A stretch of DNA of 64,000 bases from an uncultured Candidatus Sumerlaeota bacterium. GTDB lineage: Bacteria > CAYMEV01. The stretch lies in NCBI GenBank assembly GCA_964389675.1, contig CAYMEV010000010.1:62001-126000 (forward strand), in the 5' to 3' direction. The notes beneath the pieces are model-generated. The model was not told the origin of the DNA, searched no databases, and was given only the letters and a program-made list of their open reading frames with translations. Below, piece after piece: positions 49,398-59,330 of the stretch. Position numbers and translations under genes: made by a program. Position 1 is the stretch's first letter. The number at the start of each line of letters is the position of its first letter.

Positions 49398-50203
49398 TTC
49401 GCTTTATCCTTTACTGTTTCCAGTATCAATATATACCCCGGCAGAAAAAACAGCAGAAAGTCAAGTAATGAGATAGTCCACAGAAAAGGATAAATTACTT
49501 TTAGAAGAGTAATTTTCCTTTTGTGCCTTTTATAGTCTGTTTCATTCCCTATGCTGATATCACCCTTTGAGCCCTTTTCACTGCCTTTTCTGCTTAAGAA
49601 TTTTGAGTATGCAAAATTAAGCAGAAATTCAATTAATTCCGTAAAGAACCCCACTGCTGTATGTTCTTTAACAACCCTGAAGCCGTTCTTTTCCAGTTTG
49701 TCCCTGAGCATTTTGCAGGAATAGCCATCCCTTTTATGATTATAGTATTCTTTTGTAAATCCAAGCATTTTTGCCAGGCAGTTTACAAACAATAAGGGGC
49801 TGACATGAGGTACTGTAACTATAAAATCCCCTTCCCTCTGAGTTACCCTTTTTATTTCTCTGATCATTGCTTCATCATCTTCAAGATGCTCGAGCAGGTC
49901 AACACATAGAACTGTGTCAAACTCAAGGTCTGAGAACGGAAGTCTATTATCTTCAATCTTCACTACATTTTCATGCAGGATGCTGAGCGCAAAATCCACA
50001 TTTTCCTGATCGGTATCACAGCTCATCCATCTGCATGGAATGGCTTTTCTTAGATGATATGACAGAACTCCCTTATCACAGCCTATTTCAAGTATATTCT
50101 TATGATCTTTGGCTTTCAGCAGGCTGATTATCTTTTTCAGCTTTTTGTTCTTTTTCAGTGACAGTGATGAGAGTTCCAGCTGCCAGTGTTTTTTTTCTTT
50201 CAT
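49394..50203 (-). CDS. Class I SAM-dependent methyltransferase
   Basis: LEIGCDKG, LPF....FD, LEHL and TVP. Confidence 0.85.
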   Translation of the reverse strand: MKEKKHWQLELSSLSLKKNKKLKKIISLLKAKDHKNILEIGCDKGVLSYHLRKAIPCRWMSCDTDQENVDFALSILHENVVKIEDNRLPFSDLEFDTVLCVDLLEHLEDDEAMIREIKRVTQREGDFIVTVPHVSPLLFVNCLAKMLGFTKEYYNHKRDGYSCKMLRDKLEKNGFRVVKEHTAVGFFTELIEFLLNFAYSKFLSRKGSEKGSKGDISIGNETDYKRHKRKITLLKVIYPFLWTISLLDFLLFFLPGYILILETVKDKAK

Positions 50204-50265
50204 TAAAGATGCTTTTATGTATTAACTATATTTTGTCAATAAATATAATTAATGGAAAGTATCAG

Positions 50266-51420
50266 ATGAAAATACTTATGGTTGCTCCTGAGCCGGTATT
50301 CGAGCCAAGGGGGACGCCTTTCTCAGTTATCTACAGGATAAAAGCCCTCTCGGAGCTCGGCCATGAAGTGGACCTTCTGACCTATCACATAGGCAGTGAT
50401 ATTGATATAAAAAACCTCAATATCTGCCGGATACCCAGGATACCATTCTGCAGAAGCATAAAGATAGGCCCGTCGGTAAAGAAGATATTCCTTGATATAT
50501 TCCTCTTTATTAAAACTGTTATATACCTGATCAAAAACAGATATGATGCCGTGCATTCACATGAGGAGGCTGCATTCTGGTGTGTACTGCCTGCAAAGAT
50601 TTTCAGGATACCCCATGTATATGACATGCATTCAAGCCTGCCCCAGCAGCTCAGTAATTTCGGGTTTTTGAACTTCTTTCCCTTCAGGAATATCTTCAGG
50701 GGGCTTGAGGCTTTCGTAATAAGGAATTCAAGATCTGTTATTACCATCTGCAATGACCTTTATGACACTGCGAGAAATATAGACAGTAAGGCAAATATAG
50801 TGAACATTGAGAATATATTCGATAATTCTGCAATATTTCAGGAAGATGCATCAGAACTGGAAAGATACAGAGAGCATTTTGAGAACCGCATAGTTGTTCT
50901 CTATTATGGGACTATGGAGAAGTATCAGGGTATCGATCTTCTTATCCGGTCATTTAACCTGGCAGCTGAGAAAAACAGATCCCTGCTTCTCCTTATGATA
51001 GGTGGCAGGGATGATCAGATCCTGCATTACAGCAGTATGGTAAAGCATAAAGACAGCACTTTGTTTATCAGGCCTGTCTCGCCAGGGCAATTGAAGCCCT
51101 TTACTGACAGGGCGGATATGCTTATAACTGCAAGGACAAGGGGGACAAATACCCCATTGAAGCTGTACGGCTATATAAGAGCGGGCAAGCCTATAATAGC
51201 AACAGACATTTACAGTCATACACAGGTTCTGAATAATGATATAGCCCTTTTATGCAAGCCTGAAGCCTCCGCTGTTGCTGATGCAATCAGCAGGGCCGCA
51301 GGGGATAGCCTTTTGCGTAATACACTGTCTGATAACTGCCTTAAATATGCTGAAGATAGATACAGCAATGAAAATTATATAAAGAAGGTCAAAGAAGCAT
51401 ATTCTTATATAACAGGCTGA
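50266..51420 (+). CDS. GT4 glycosyltransferase
   Basis: MKILMVAPEP..PRGTP, YDMHSSLP, YQGIDLL and TNTPLKLY. True ATG is probably 50266. Confidence 0.88.
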   Translation: MKILMVAPEPVFEPRGTPFSVIYRIKALSELGHEVDLLTYHIGSDIDIKNLNICRIPRIPFCRSIKIGPSVKKIFLDIFLFIKTVIYLIKNRYDAVHSHEEAAFWCVLPAKIFRIPHVYDMHSSLPQQLSNFGFLNFFPFRNIFRGLEAFVIRNSRSVITICNDLYDTARNIDSKANIVNIENIFDNSAIFQEDASELERYREHFENRIVVLYYGTMEKYQGIDLLIRSFNLAAEKNRSLLLLMIGGRDDQILHYSSMVKHKDSTLFIRPVSPGQLKPFTDRADMLITARTRGTNTPLKLYGYIRAGKPIIATDIYSHTQVLNNDIALLCKPEASAVADAISRAAGDSLLRNTLSDNCLKYAEDRYSNENYIKKVKEAYSYITG

Positions 51421-51524
51421 TTTAGCCATTATATTTCCTTCAGCAGAATTAATTCCAAAATAAATTAAACAAAATTCAATCCCCGGCGTATAAAGTCTTA
51501 TAAAAAAAGATCGGAGGTATATCT

Positions 51525-54500
51525 GTGAGCAGTTATCTTAAGGTTCTTTTTACTGTTATTGTTCTTGTTCTGTGCTTCAGTCTGGCATCATTTGCCTATA
51601 CTGGATATTACAGCTATCCTGATATACAGAATGGAATGATAGTATTTAACACACAGGACAATCTCTGGATTGTCGATCAGGATGGAGGGCTTGCAAAAAG
51701 GATTACAGCAAATCCTCTGGCGAGGGCAATGGCAAAGATATCTCCGTCCGGCGAATATATTGCCTACTCTGCACTTGTTGACGGTAATATAAATATTTTT
51801 GTCATGCCTGTAAACGGAGGCATTCCAAGGAAACTTACCTATCACCCGTCATATGACCAGGTACTGGGATGGACCCGTGACAGCAAAAATGTCATTTTCA
51901 GGTCAGTAAGGCAGGAGGCGAATTATGGAACCAATATTTTCATGGTTTCAATTGATGGAGGATATCCGGAGCAGTTAAATATCGGCGTAGCAAGCCTTAT
52001 CTCCTTTGCTGATGATGAGGATTTCATTGCATTTAACACAACGACAAGGGAGTTCAGGACATGGAAGAGATATAAGGGCGGTACAAACATGGATATATGG
52101 GCAGGAAGGATCAGCAAAATGGATTTTAAGAAGCTGACTTCCTTTAAGGGTAATGATGCATTCCCTATGGTTTATAAAGACAGGATATATTTCATTTCGG
52201 ACAGGAAGGGAAGGAATAATATATTCTCCATGACATTTGACGGGAAAGACCTAAGACAGCATACAGCATTTGAGGAATATGATATTAATTTTCCATCCCT
52301 CGGGAACGGGAAGATCGTTTTCCAGATGGCAGGAGATATATATATCTACGACCTGGAAAAAGATGAGGCAAAAAAGGTTGATATAGAAATACCCTCGGAG
52401 AATATGAGCGGAATACCGCGTTATGTCGATGCTGACAGATGGATAAGGAATTACGAGCTTTCACCTGATTCAAAGACAGCCCTGTTCGAGGCAAGGGGAA
52501 ATCTCTTTCTGGTTCCGGTCAAAGAGGGAAGGACCAGGACAATTGTCCAGGATTCTTCATTCAGGATTAAATACCCGACATTCAGCAATGATGGGACAAA
52601 AATTGCCTATTTCTCAGATGAGACAGGCAGTGAGAAGCTCTATTATTCAGAGCTCCGTGATAATGCAGAAAGAAAGATGATAGCAAAAAAGCTTTCAGGA
52701 TGGCATTATCATCCGGTATGGTCCCCGGATGACACTAAGCTTCTTTTTGCTGATGAGAAATATGCATTGTACATATATGATATAAAGGGTGATAATATCA
52801 TTCTTGTGGACAGGTCTGATCTGTCAGAAATTAGAAACTACAGCTGGTCACCTGATGGAAAATACATAGCTTATGCAAAAACAGAACCCAATTCATTCAG
52901 CTCCATTTTCATATATGACCTCTCTGACAGATCGGTACACAGGGTTACAGAATCTGCTACCGATGACAGCAGCCCTGACTGGGATCCAGAGGGGAGATAC
53001 CTGTTCTTCCTGTCTTCAAGGCAGTTCAGTCCCATGATAGGAAATATTGATTTTGAGACAATTATGACTCAGATGGATAAGCCCTATATGGTGCTCTTAA
53101 ATAAAGACATTAAGAATCCCCTGCTGCCTGTTGAACCTGAAGAACAGCAGGAAGAGGGATTCTTCGGCAGGATGGGCGATTTCAGCAAAATGCAGATGCC
53201 GCCTGATAAGGGTATGCCCGGGAAAAAGGAAGAGAAAGTGGAAGTAAAGCCTGATTTTGATGAAATTCAGAACAGGATATTTGAGCTTCCTGTTCCTGCC
53301 GGCAATTATTCCAACCTTACTGCGGTCAAGGATAAGATCTTTTTCCTGGCAGGAGAAGATTATAAGATGAATCCGGATCGTGATTTTATGGATTTCGGCC
53401 GTTACAGCTACAAAATTATATCATTTGACCTCAAGGAAAGAGAGCATTCTGAATTTGCAAGTGGTGTTACAGGATATCATGTATCTGCGAAGAAGGATAA
53501 AATGATGTACTGTATTAATGGCAGATATAAGGTTGTTAATCTCGAGTTTGGCTCATTTGGCGGTTTTGGCCAGATGGGGGACTTCAGTAATATGATGGGG
53601 GACATGAAGGGCTTTTCAAAAAAATTTATGGATGGTTTTGTAGATACCTCGAATATCAACCTTGCAGTCAATCCGCAGGAGGAATGGGAACAGATATTTG
53701 ATGAGGCTGTAAGGCTTCAGAAGCTTTTATACTGGGCTCACAACCTTGCCGGTATTGACTGGGATTCAGCAGCTGAGCAGTACAGAAAACTGCTGCCGAG
53801 GATATCAACAAGATCGGAACTGAACTTCCTTATAGGTGAGCTTATTGGAGAGCTGGCGACAGGCCATACATATATTTTTGGAGGAGATTCAGGTATCAGG
53901 CAGGAACGCATATCTACAGGGCTGCTTGGTGCAGATATTGAGGTTGATAATGGTTTTTACAGGATAAAAAAGATAATGCATGGCGATCTGTATTACAGGA
54001 AGGTATATTCTCCGCTTTCAATATATCCAGAAATTCAGGAAGGTGATTATATATTAAAGATCAATGGCATTCCTGTCACATCAAAAGACAATATATACCA
54101 GTATCTTGAGAACCTTGGGGATAAGGAGGTCCTCCTGGCTGTCTCAAAGGATACTGACATAAAGAATGCCAGGGAATACAAGGTCAGGACACTGAGCAAT
54201 GAAGGCTATCTCAGGTATATTGACTGGGTTAATGCGAACAGGGATTATGTAAGCAGAATATCCGGAGGCAAAATTGGATATATCCATATTCCTGATATGA
54301 GTGCATCAGGCATGGTTGAATTTAATAAGCAGTATTATAACCAGCTTGACAAGGAAGGAATGATCGTTGATGTAAGATTCAATGGCGGGGGATTTGTATC
54401 CCAGCTTATTATTGAAAGGCTGAAAAGGGACCTTATTTTTATGGATTATATGAGGCATGGAGATAAAATGGGAACATATCCTCACAGAACGTTTATGGGC

Positions 54501-54920
54501 CACATGGTCTGCCTGATAAATGAAAATGCCGGTTCTGACGGAGATATTTTTCCCGAAGCCTTCAAAAAATCCGGTTTGGGGCCTCTTATAGGTACAACAA
54601 CCTGGGGAGGAGTGATAGGGATCAGGATGGACAAGCCTTTTGTTGACGGAGGCCTGATGTCGATACCTGAGTATGCTCACTATGATCCTGAACGTGGATG
54701 GACACTTGAGAATATAGGTGTTGATCCGGATATAGAGGTAATCAACAGGCCGCAGGACCTTGCAAAAGGACTTGACCCTCAGCTCGATAAAGGTATTGAA
54801 GTCCTGCAGCAGAAGATAAAAGACTTCCCGATAGAGAAGGTTGAAATAAAGCCTTTCCCGAATAAAAGTATTGATCAGTGGATCAAATACTGGGAAGAAA
54901 TAGGGGTTGATACTCCTTAA
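51525..54920 (+). CDS. Tricorn protease (S41B), exported, copy 1
   Basis: Signal peptide, propeller repeats (WSPDG), WKRYKGG, GELATGHTY, PDZ GLLGAD, GYIHIPDM, catalytic AGSDGD and TWGG. Confidence 0.93.
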   Translation: MSSYLKVLFTVIVLVLCFSLASFAYTGYYSYPDIQNGMIVFNTQDNLWIVDQDGGLAKRITANPLARAMAKISPSGEYIAYSALVDGNINIFVMPVNGGIPRKLTYHPSYDQVLGWTRDSKNVIFRSVRQEANYGTNIFMVSIDGGYPEQLNIGVASLISFADDEDFIAFNTTTREFRTWKRYKGGTNMDIWAGRISKMDFKKLTSFKGNDAFPMVYKDRIYFISDRKGRNNIFSMTFDGKDLRQHTAFEEYDINFPSLGNGKIVFQMAGDIYIYDLEKDEAKKVDIEIPSENMSGIPRYVDADRWIRNYELSPDSKTALFEARGNLFLVPVKEGRTRTIVQDSSFRIKYPTFSNDGTKIAYFSDETGSEKLYYSELRDNAERKMIAKKLSGWHYHPVWSPDDTKLLFADEKYALYIYDIKGDNIILVDRSDLSEIRNYSWSPDGKYIAYAKTEPNSFSSIFIYDLSDRSVHRVTESATDDSSPDWDPEGRYLFFLSSRQFSPMIGNIDFETIMTQMDKPYMVLLNKDIKNPLLPVEPEEQQEEGFFGRMGDFSKMQMPPDKGMPGKKEEKVEVKPDFDEIQNRIFELPVPAGNYSNLTAVKDKIFFLAGEDYKMNPDRDFMDFGRYSYKIISFDLKEREHSEFASGVTGYHVSAKKDKMMYCINGRYKVVNLEFGSFGGFGQMGDFSNMMGDMKGFSKKFMDGFVDTSNINLAVNPQEEWEQIFDEAVRLQKLLYWAHNLAGIDWDSAAEQYRKLLPRISTRSELNFLIGELIGELATGHTYIFGGDSGIRQERISTGLLGADIEVDNGFYRIKKIMHGDLYYRKVYSPLSIYPEIQEGDYILKINGIPVTSKDNIYQYLENLGDKEVLLAVSKDTDIKNAREYKVRTLSNEGYLRYIDWVNANRDYVSRISGGKIGYIHIPDMSASGMVEFNKQYYNQLDKEGMIVDVRFNGGGFVSQLIIERLKRDLIFMDYMRHGDKMGTYPHRTFMGHMVCLINENAGSDGDIFPEAFKKSGLGPLIGTTTWGGVIGIRMDKPFVDGGLMSIPEYAHYDPERGWTLENIGVDPDIEVINRPQDLAKGLDPQLDKGIEVLQQKIKDFPIEKVEIKPFPNKSIDQWIKYWEEIGVDTP

Positions 54921-54941
54921 AAACCCTCTTTTTTTGGTTAG

Positions 54942-54969
54942 AAAAGCACGGCTTATGCCGTGCTTTTTT
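54942..54969 (+). terminator. Rho-independent terminator after tricorn copy 1
   Basis: AAAA-GCACGGC-TTAT-GCCGTGC-TTTTTT. Confidence 0.85.
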
Positions 54970-55091
54970 ATTTTAAACCAATGATAAATACAATATAAAT
55001 TCAGGTATAATAAGAACAAATCTGGAGCATTTTCCGTATACAACTATACATCTTAAATTATGCAAATAAATACCCGGAGGTAGAGCTTTTT

Positions 55092-58000
55092 ATGCTTAAA
55101 AAATTAATCTTGTTCGCCGCTCTTATTGTTTTGATTCCATTAACAGGCATTTTTGCACATACAGGATACTACTACTATCCTGACATAAACGGGAATGAGG
55201 TCATCTTTTCATCCCGCGGATCAGTCTGGAAGGTAGAAACACAAGGCGGAGACGCAGAAATTGTAACTTCCATGAAATCAAATTATGTGTCTGCAAAGCT
55301 TTCTCCTGACAGCAGGCATATTGCTTATTCAATATCCATTGACGGCAATATAGATATATATCTTATGAATAAAGGGGGAGGGATACCCAAAAGGCTGACA
55401 TATCACCCTTCCAGGGATAATGTTCTGGGGTTTACCCCTGAAGGCGATTATGTAGTATTTTCATCATCCAGGTCACATCCTCACCGCAGGCCCAATATAT
55501 GGAAGGTAAGCATCAACGGAGGCATGCCTGAAATGATTGAGATAGGGAAAGCAGACCTTATAAGTTTTGACAGCAGTGGTGATTTTATTGCTTTTAACAG
55601 GAATGCTTCTCCTCATGCAACATGGAAAAGGTATAAAGGTGGAAGAATGTCCGAGATATGGGCAGGCAGCCTCAGCAAAATGGATTTTACGCAGATTACC
55701 GACTTTGAGGGAAGCAATAAATTTCCCATGATATACGGGAAAAGAATATATTTCCTGTCGGACAGAAAGGGGAGAAACAACCTGTTCTCAATGGATTATG
55801 ACGGGGGGAATATCAAACAGCATACCTTTTATGAGGATTTTGACATCAATTATCCCTCATTGGGGGGAGGATCCATAGTTTTTCAGAAAGGCGGGGATAT
55901 ATTCAAATATATTATTGAAGATGATAATTCGGTAAAACTTGAGATAAACCTCCCAGTAGATAATCTTACATCCAGAACCATTTATGAAAATGCAGCTGAC
56001 TGGATTAATAGCTTTGAGCTGTCGGCGGAGGCTCAGAGAGTCCTCCTTGATATCAGAGGGAATATCTATCTTGCTCCTGTCAGGGAAGGAAGGGTCGTTT
56101 CTGTTGCATGTTCACCGGGTATCAGGTTCAAGAACCCTGCTATGAACAGTGATGGATCAAAAATTGCCTATTTTTCAGATGAAAGCGGTACTGAACAGCT
56201 GTATATCTCAAAAGCTGAAGATAATGCCGAAAGGGTACAGCTTACCGATAAGCTGGACGGATGGTACAACAGGATATGCTGGTCCCCTGATGATGAAAGG
56301 ATCGCATTTTCCGATGAGAAACTTGCACTTCATATTTATGATTTCAAGACAAAGAAAACTGTTTTAATCGACAGGTCTGAATGGTCCGAAATAGATGATT
56401 ATTCATGGTCGCCATGCGGTATGTTCCTGAGCTATGCAAAAAGGGTAGATAATAATCTGTCAAATATTTACATCTATGATATCGAAGAAGGAAAGTCACA
56501 TCTGATCACAAAATCCATAGCAGATGACAGGAATCCTGTCTGGGGCCCTGAAGGCCAGTACCTGTACTTTTTATCGGAAACTCAGTTCAGCCCTTTAATG
56601 GACCATATTGATCACGAGGCCATAATAACAAAATTGGTAAGGCCTCATATAGTACTGCTGACAAGTGAGGTGAAGAATCCCCTTCTGCCAAGAGACTGGC
56701 AGGAACTGGCTAATCTGGATAAGCCAGGAAAGGAGGAAAGCAGTAAAGAGGACAGCGAAAAACCTGAAAAAATCAGGACAAGGATAGAGTATGAGGGAAT
56801 TGAAAAAAGGATATTCCCCCTTCCTGTGAGATCAGGAAACTATCACAGATTATCTGCGGTCAAGGATAAGGTATATTTTATGGACAGAAAAGACAGAAGA
56901 TGGATGGCAGATAGACAATATTATGACAATGAGTACTTCAAGAGGACTCTATATTCATATAATATAAAGGAAAGGAAGTTCGAAGAGGTTCTGGACGGCA
57001 TTGACGCCTACAGTATTTCAGTGAAAAAGGATAAGATACTGTATCTGAAAGGCAGTTCATTAAGGCTGGGCGAAGATATCATAAACCTGAACGATATTAA
57101 TCTGGCAGTAATGCCTTCAATGGAATGGGAACAGATATTTAACGAAGCTGTCAGGCTTCAGAGGCTTCTTTACTGGGCCCCCAACATTGGGAATATTGAC
57201 TGGTACAAGTATGCTGAACGGTACAGAAAAGCCCTTTTCCGCATAGGTACAAGGTCAGAGCTGAATATGCTGATAGGAGAGCTTATCGGAGAGCTTGCTA
57301 CTTCGCATACCTATATATTTACTGGAGGGTCTGATTTCTCTGAAGACAGCATTAATATAGGACTTCTTGGAGCGGATATAGTTGCAGAAAATGATAGATT
57401 CAGGATAAAAAATATATATGAAGGTGATGCTTTCTATGCAAATGTATGGTCACCGCTTTCTATACATCCCATAAAAGCAGGAGATTATATAATCTCAGTA
57501 AATGGCATTTCTCTGTCCACAGAGAATAATTTCTATTCATACTTTGAAAACCTTGCTGACAGGGAGATAATAATCGGTATATCTCATGATGCTTATTCGG
57601 GAAAGGTAGAGGATTACAGGGTAAGGCCCGTGTCTTCTGAATATTATCTGAGGTATTATGACTGGGTTTACGGCAACAGGGAATATGTTGATGAAAAGTC
57701 AGGTGGAAGGATCGGATATGTCCATATCCCTGACATGTCAGGATTTGGCCTTGTGGAGTTTTTCAAGCAGTATTTTAACCAGATAAATAAGGATGCTATT
57801 ATCATTGATGACAGATACAATGGAGGGGGGAATGTCTCCCAGATAATCCTGGAAAAACTGAGAAGGGAGCTTTCATACCTCAGTGTATCAAGATATACTT
57901 CTCCGAGAACATCACCGAGAAATGTCTTTTTAGGGCATCTGGCCTGCCTTATAAATGAGGATGCCGGATCTGACGGCGACCTCTTCCCTGAAGCCTTCAG

Positions 58001-58346
58001 GATGTACGGCCTTGGCAAGCTTATCGGGACAAAGACCTGGGGAGGTGTAGTTGGAATAAGATCAGATAAGCCTTTTGTGGACGGGGGGATGATGACCATA
58101 CCGGAGTTTTGCAATTATCATATTGACAGGGGCTGGATACTTGAGAATGAGGGAGTTGTCCCGGATATTGAAGTAGCAGAACTGCCCCAGGATTACTCAA
58201 GGAAAATTGATCGTCAGCTGGATAAGGCAATTGATGTTCTTGCCGGTGAACTGGCTGCTGAGCCTGTAGAAAAACCTCATAAATTTCCTTACCCGGACAA
58301 TACTATTGATGCATGGATTAAATTTTGGGAAGATAAAAATCAGTAA
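55092..58346 (+). CDS. Tricorn protease (S41B), exported, copy 2
   Basis: Signal peptide, WKRYKGG, GELATSHTY, GLLGAD, GYVHIPDM, AGSDGD and TWGG. Confidence 0.93.
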   Translation: MLKKLILFAALIVLIPLTGIFAHTGYYYYPDINGNEVIFSSRGSVWKVETQGGDAEIVTSMKSNYVSAKLSPDSRHIAYSISIDGNIDIYLMNKGGGIPKRLTYHPSRDNVLGFTPEGDYVVFSSSRSHPHRRPNIWKVSINGGMPEMIEIGKADLISFDSSGDFIAFNRNASPHATWKRYKGGRMSEIWAGSLSKMDFTQITDFEGSNKFPMIYGKRIYFLSDRKGRNNLFSMDYDGGNIKQHTFYEDFDINYPSLGGGSIVFQKGGDIFKYIIEDDNSVKLEINLPVDNLTSRTIYENAADWINSFELSAEAQRVLLDIRGNIYLAPVREGRVVSVACSPGIRFKNPAMNSDGSKIAYFSDESGTEQLYISKAEDNAERVQLTDKLDGWYNRICWSPDDERIAFSDEKLALHIYDFKTKKTVLIDRSEWSEIDDYSWSPCGMFLSYAKRVDNNLSNIYIYDIEEGKSHLITKSIADDRNPVWGPEGQYLYFLSETQFSPLMDHIDHEAIITKLVRPHIVLLTSEVKNPLLPRDWQELANLDKPGKEESSKEDSEKPEKIRTRIEYEGIEKRIFPLPVRSGNYHRLSAVKDKVYFMDRKDRRWMADRQYYDNEYFKRTLYSYNIKERKFEEVLDGIDAYSISVKKDKILYLKGSSLRLGEDIINLNDINLAVMPSMEWEQIFNEAVRLQRLLYWAPNIGNIDWYKYAERYRKALFRIGTRSELNMLIGELIGELATSHTYIFTGGSDFSEDSINIGLLGADIVAENDRFRIKNIYEGDAFYANVWSPLSIHPIKAGDYIISVNGISLSTENNFYSYFENLADREIIIGISHDAYSGKVEDYRVRPVSSEYYLRYYDWVYGNREYVDEKSGGRIGYVHIPDMSGFGLVEFFKQYFNQINKDAIIIDDRYNGGGNVSQIILEKLRRELSYLSVSRYTSPRTSPRNVFLGHLACLINEDAGSDGDLFPEAFRMYGLGKLIGTKTWGGVVGIRSDKPFVDGGMMTIPEFCNYHIDRGWILENEGVVPDIEVAELPQDYSRKIDRQLDKAIDVLAGELAAEPVEKPHKFPYPDNTIDAWIKFWEDKNQ

Positions 58347-58471
58347 GGTGAAAGGTCTTTATTAAAATAAACGCAAATAATATTTCTATTGCCTGCAGTA
58401 TTAAGGGCTGTGAAAATCCCGAAAAATCAGGTAAGCAGAGCATACTTTTTATAACAGGATATGGAGGCCTC

Positions 58472-59173
58472 ATGGAGATGTGGCCTCCTGTGCTTATCAA
58501 TCTGCTTTCTGAAAGATTATGCATAATTACGTTCGACAACAGGGGAATGGGTTTTTCTACAGCTGATGACAGGGAATTTTCAGTCGAGCTTTTTGCCAGA
58601 GACACTATAGAGTTGCTTGACAGGCTGAAAGTAAGGTCTGCTCATATCGCAGGCTGGTCCATGGGGTCTTTTATTGCACAGGAGATAGCAATAAGAGATC
58701 CTGAAAGGGTAAGGAAACTGATACTCATGGGTGCTTCTTGCGGAGGGGATGAGGCATTATGGCCGGATGATGAGACCTGGAATGCTGTCATAGACCTTAA
58801 GGGAACAATGAAAGAAAGGGTTGGAAGAATGTTCAGCAATCTTTTCCCGGCCTCCTGGCTGAATAAAAATCCTGATCCATCGCTTTTTTTCCCGGAAATA
58901 AGATCTCCTGTAAGGGATGATATACTCAAAAGGCAGGCAGATACGCTGAAAAGCTGGAAGGGATCATTCCCACGGAGAGACTGGATATCCTCCGAAACAT
59001 TGATTATTGCAGGCACTGAGGACAGGGTCATACCCTTAAAAAATGCATACATATTAGGGGAAGGAATTAAGAATTCCCGTATTGAAGAGATCCAGGGAGG
59101 CGGACATGGTTTCTTCTTCCAGTTTCCGGAAAAAACTGCACAAATAATCCTTGATTTTATCAATTCCGGTTAA
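58472..59173 (+). CDS. Alpha/beta hydrolase (true start probably upstream, near 58361)
   Basis: FDNRGMG, GWSMG, GTEDRV and GGGHGF. The frame is open back to 58352 and encodes the missing beta-strands (ILFITGYGG). Confidence 0.85.
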   Translation: MEMWPPVLINLLSERLCIITFDNRGMGFSTADDREFSVELFARDTIELLDRLKVRSAHIAGWSMGSFIAQEIAIRDPERVRKLILMGASCGGDEALWPDDETWNAVIDLKGTMKERVGRMFSNLFPASWLNKNPDPSLFFPEIRSPVRDDILKRQADTLKSWKGSFPRRDWISSETLIIAGTEDRVIPLKNAYILGEGIKNSRIEEIQGGGHGFFFQFPEKTAQIILDFINSG

Positions 59174-59260
59174 AAGCCTTAATTTAGAAACGATATTATA
59201 CACATAAGTACCATTTCCATATTCAGGCATCCAGTGCTGAGCTGGCCATAATAAAATATT

Positions 59261-59289
59261 TTGACAAAAACATATTTTAGCAATAAAAT
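59261..59289 (+). promoter_or_regulatory. Putative sigma70 promoter of the histidine kinase
   Basis: TTGACA-17 nt-TAAAAT. Confidence 0.55.
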
Positions 59290-59330
59290 ATAATTATAAG
59301 CTGTTTTCAAAAAAATTATGGAGATTTTAC

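Noticed and set aside
54306-55043. 245-aa antisense ORF over tricorn 1
   Set aside because: Shadow ORF opposite a conserved catalytic domain, with no recognisable features.
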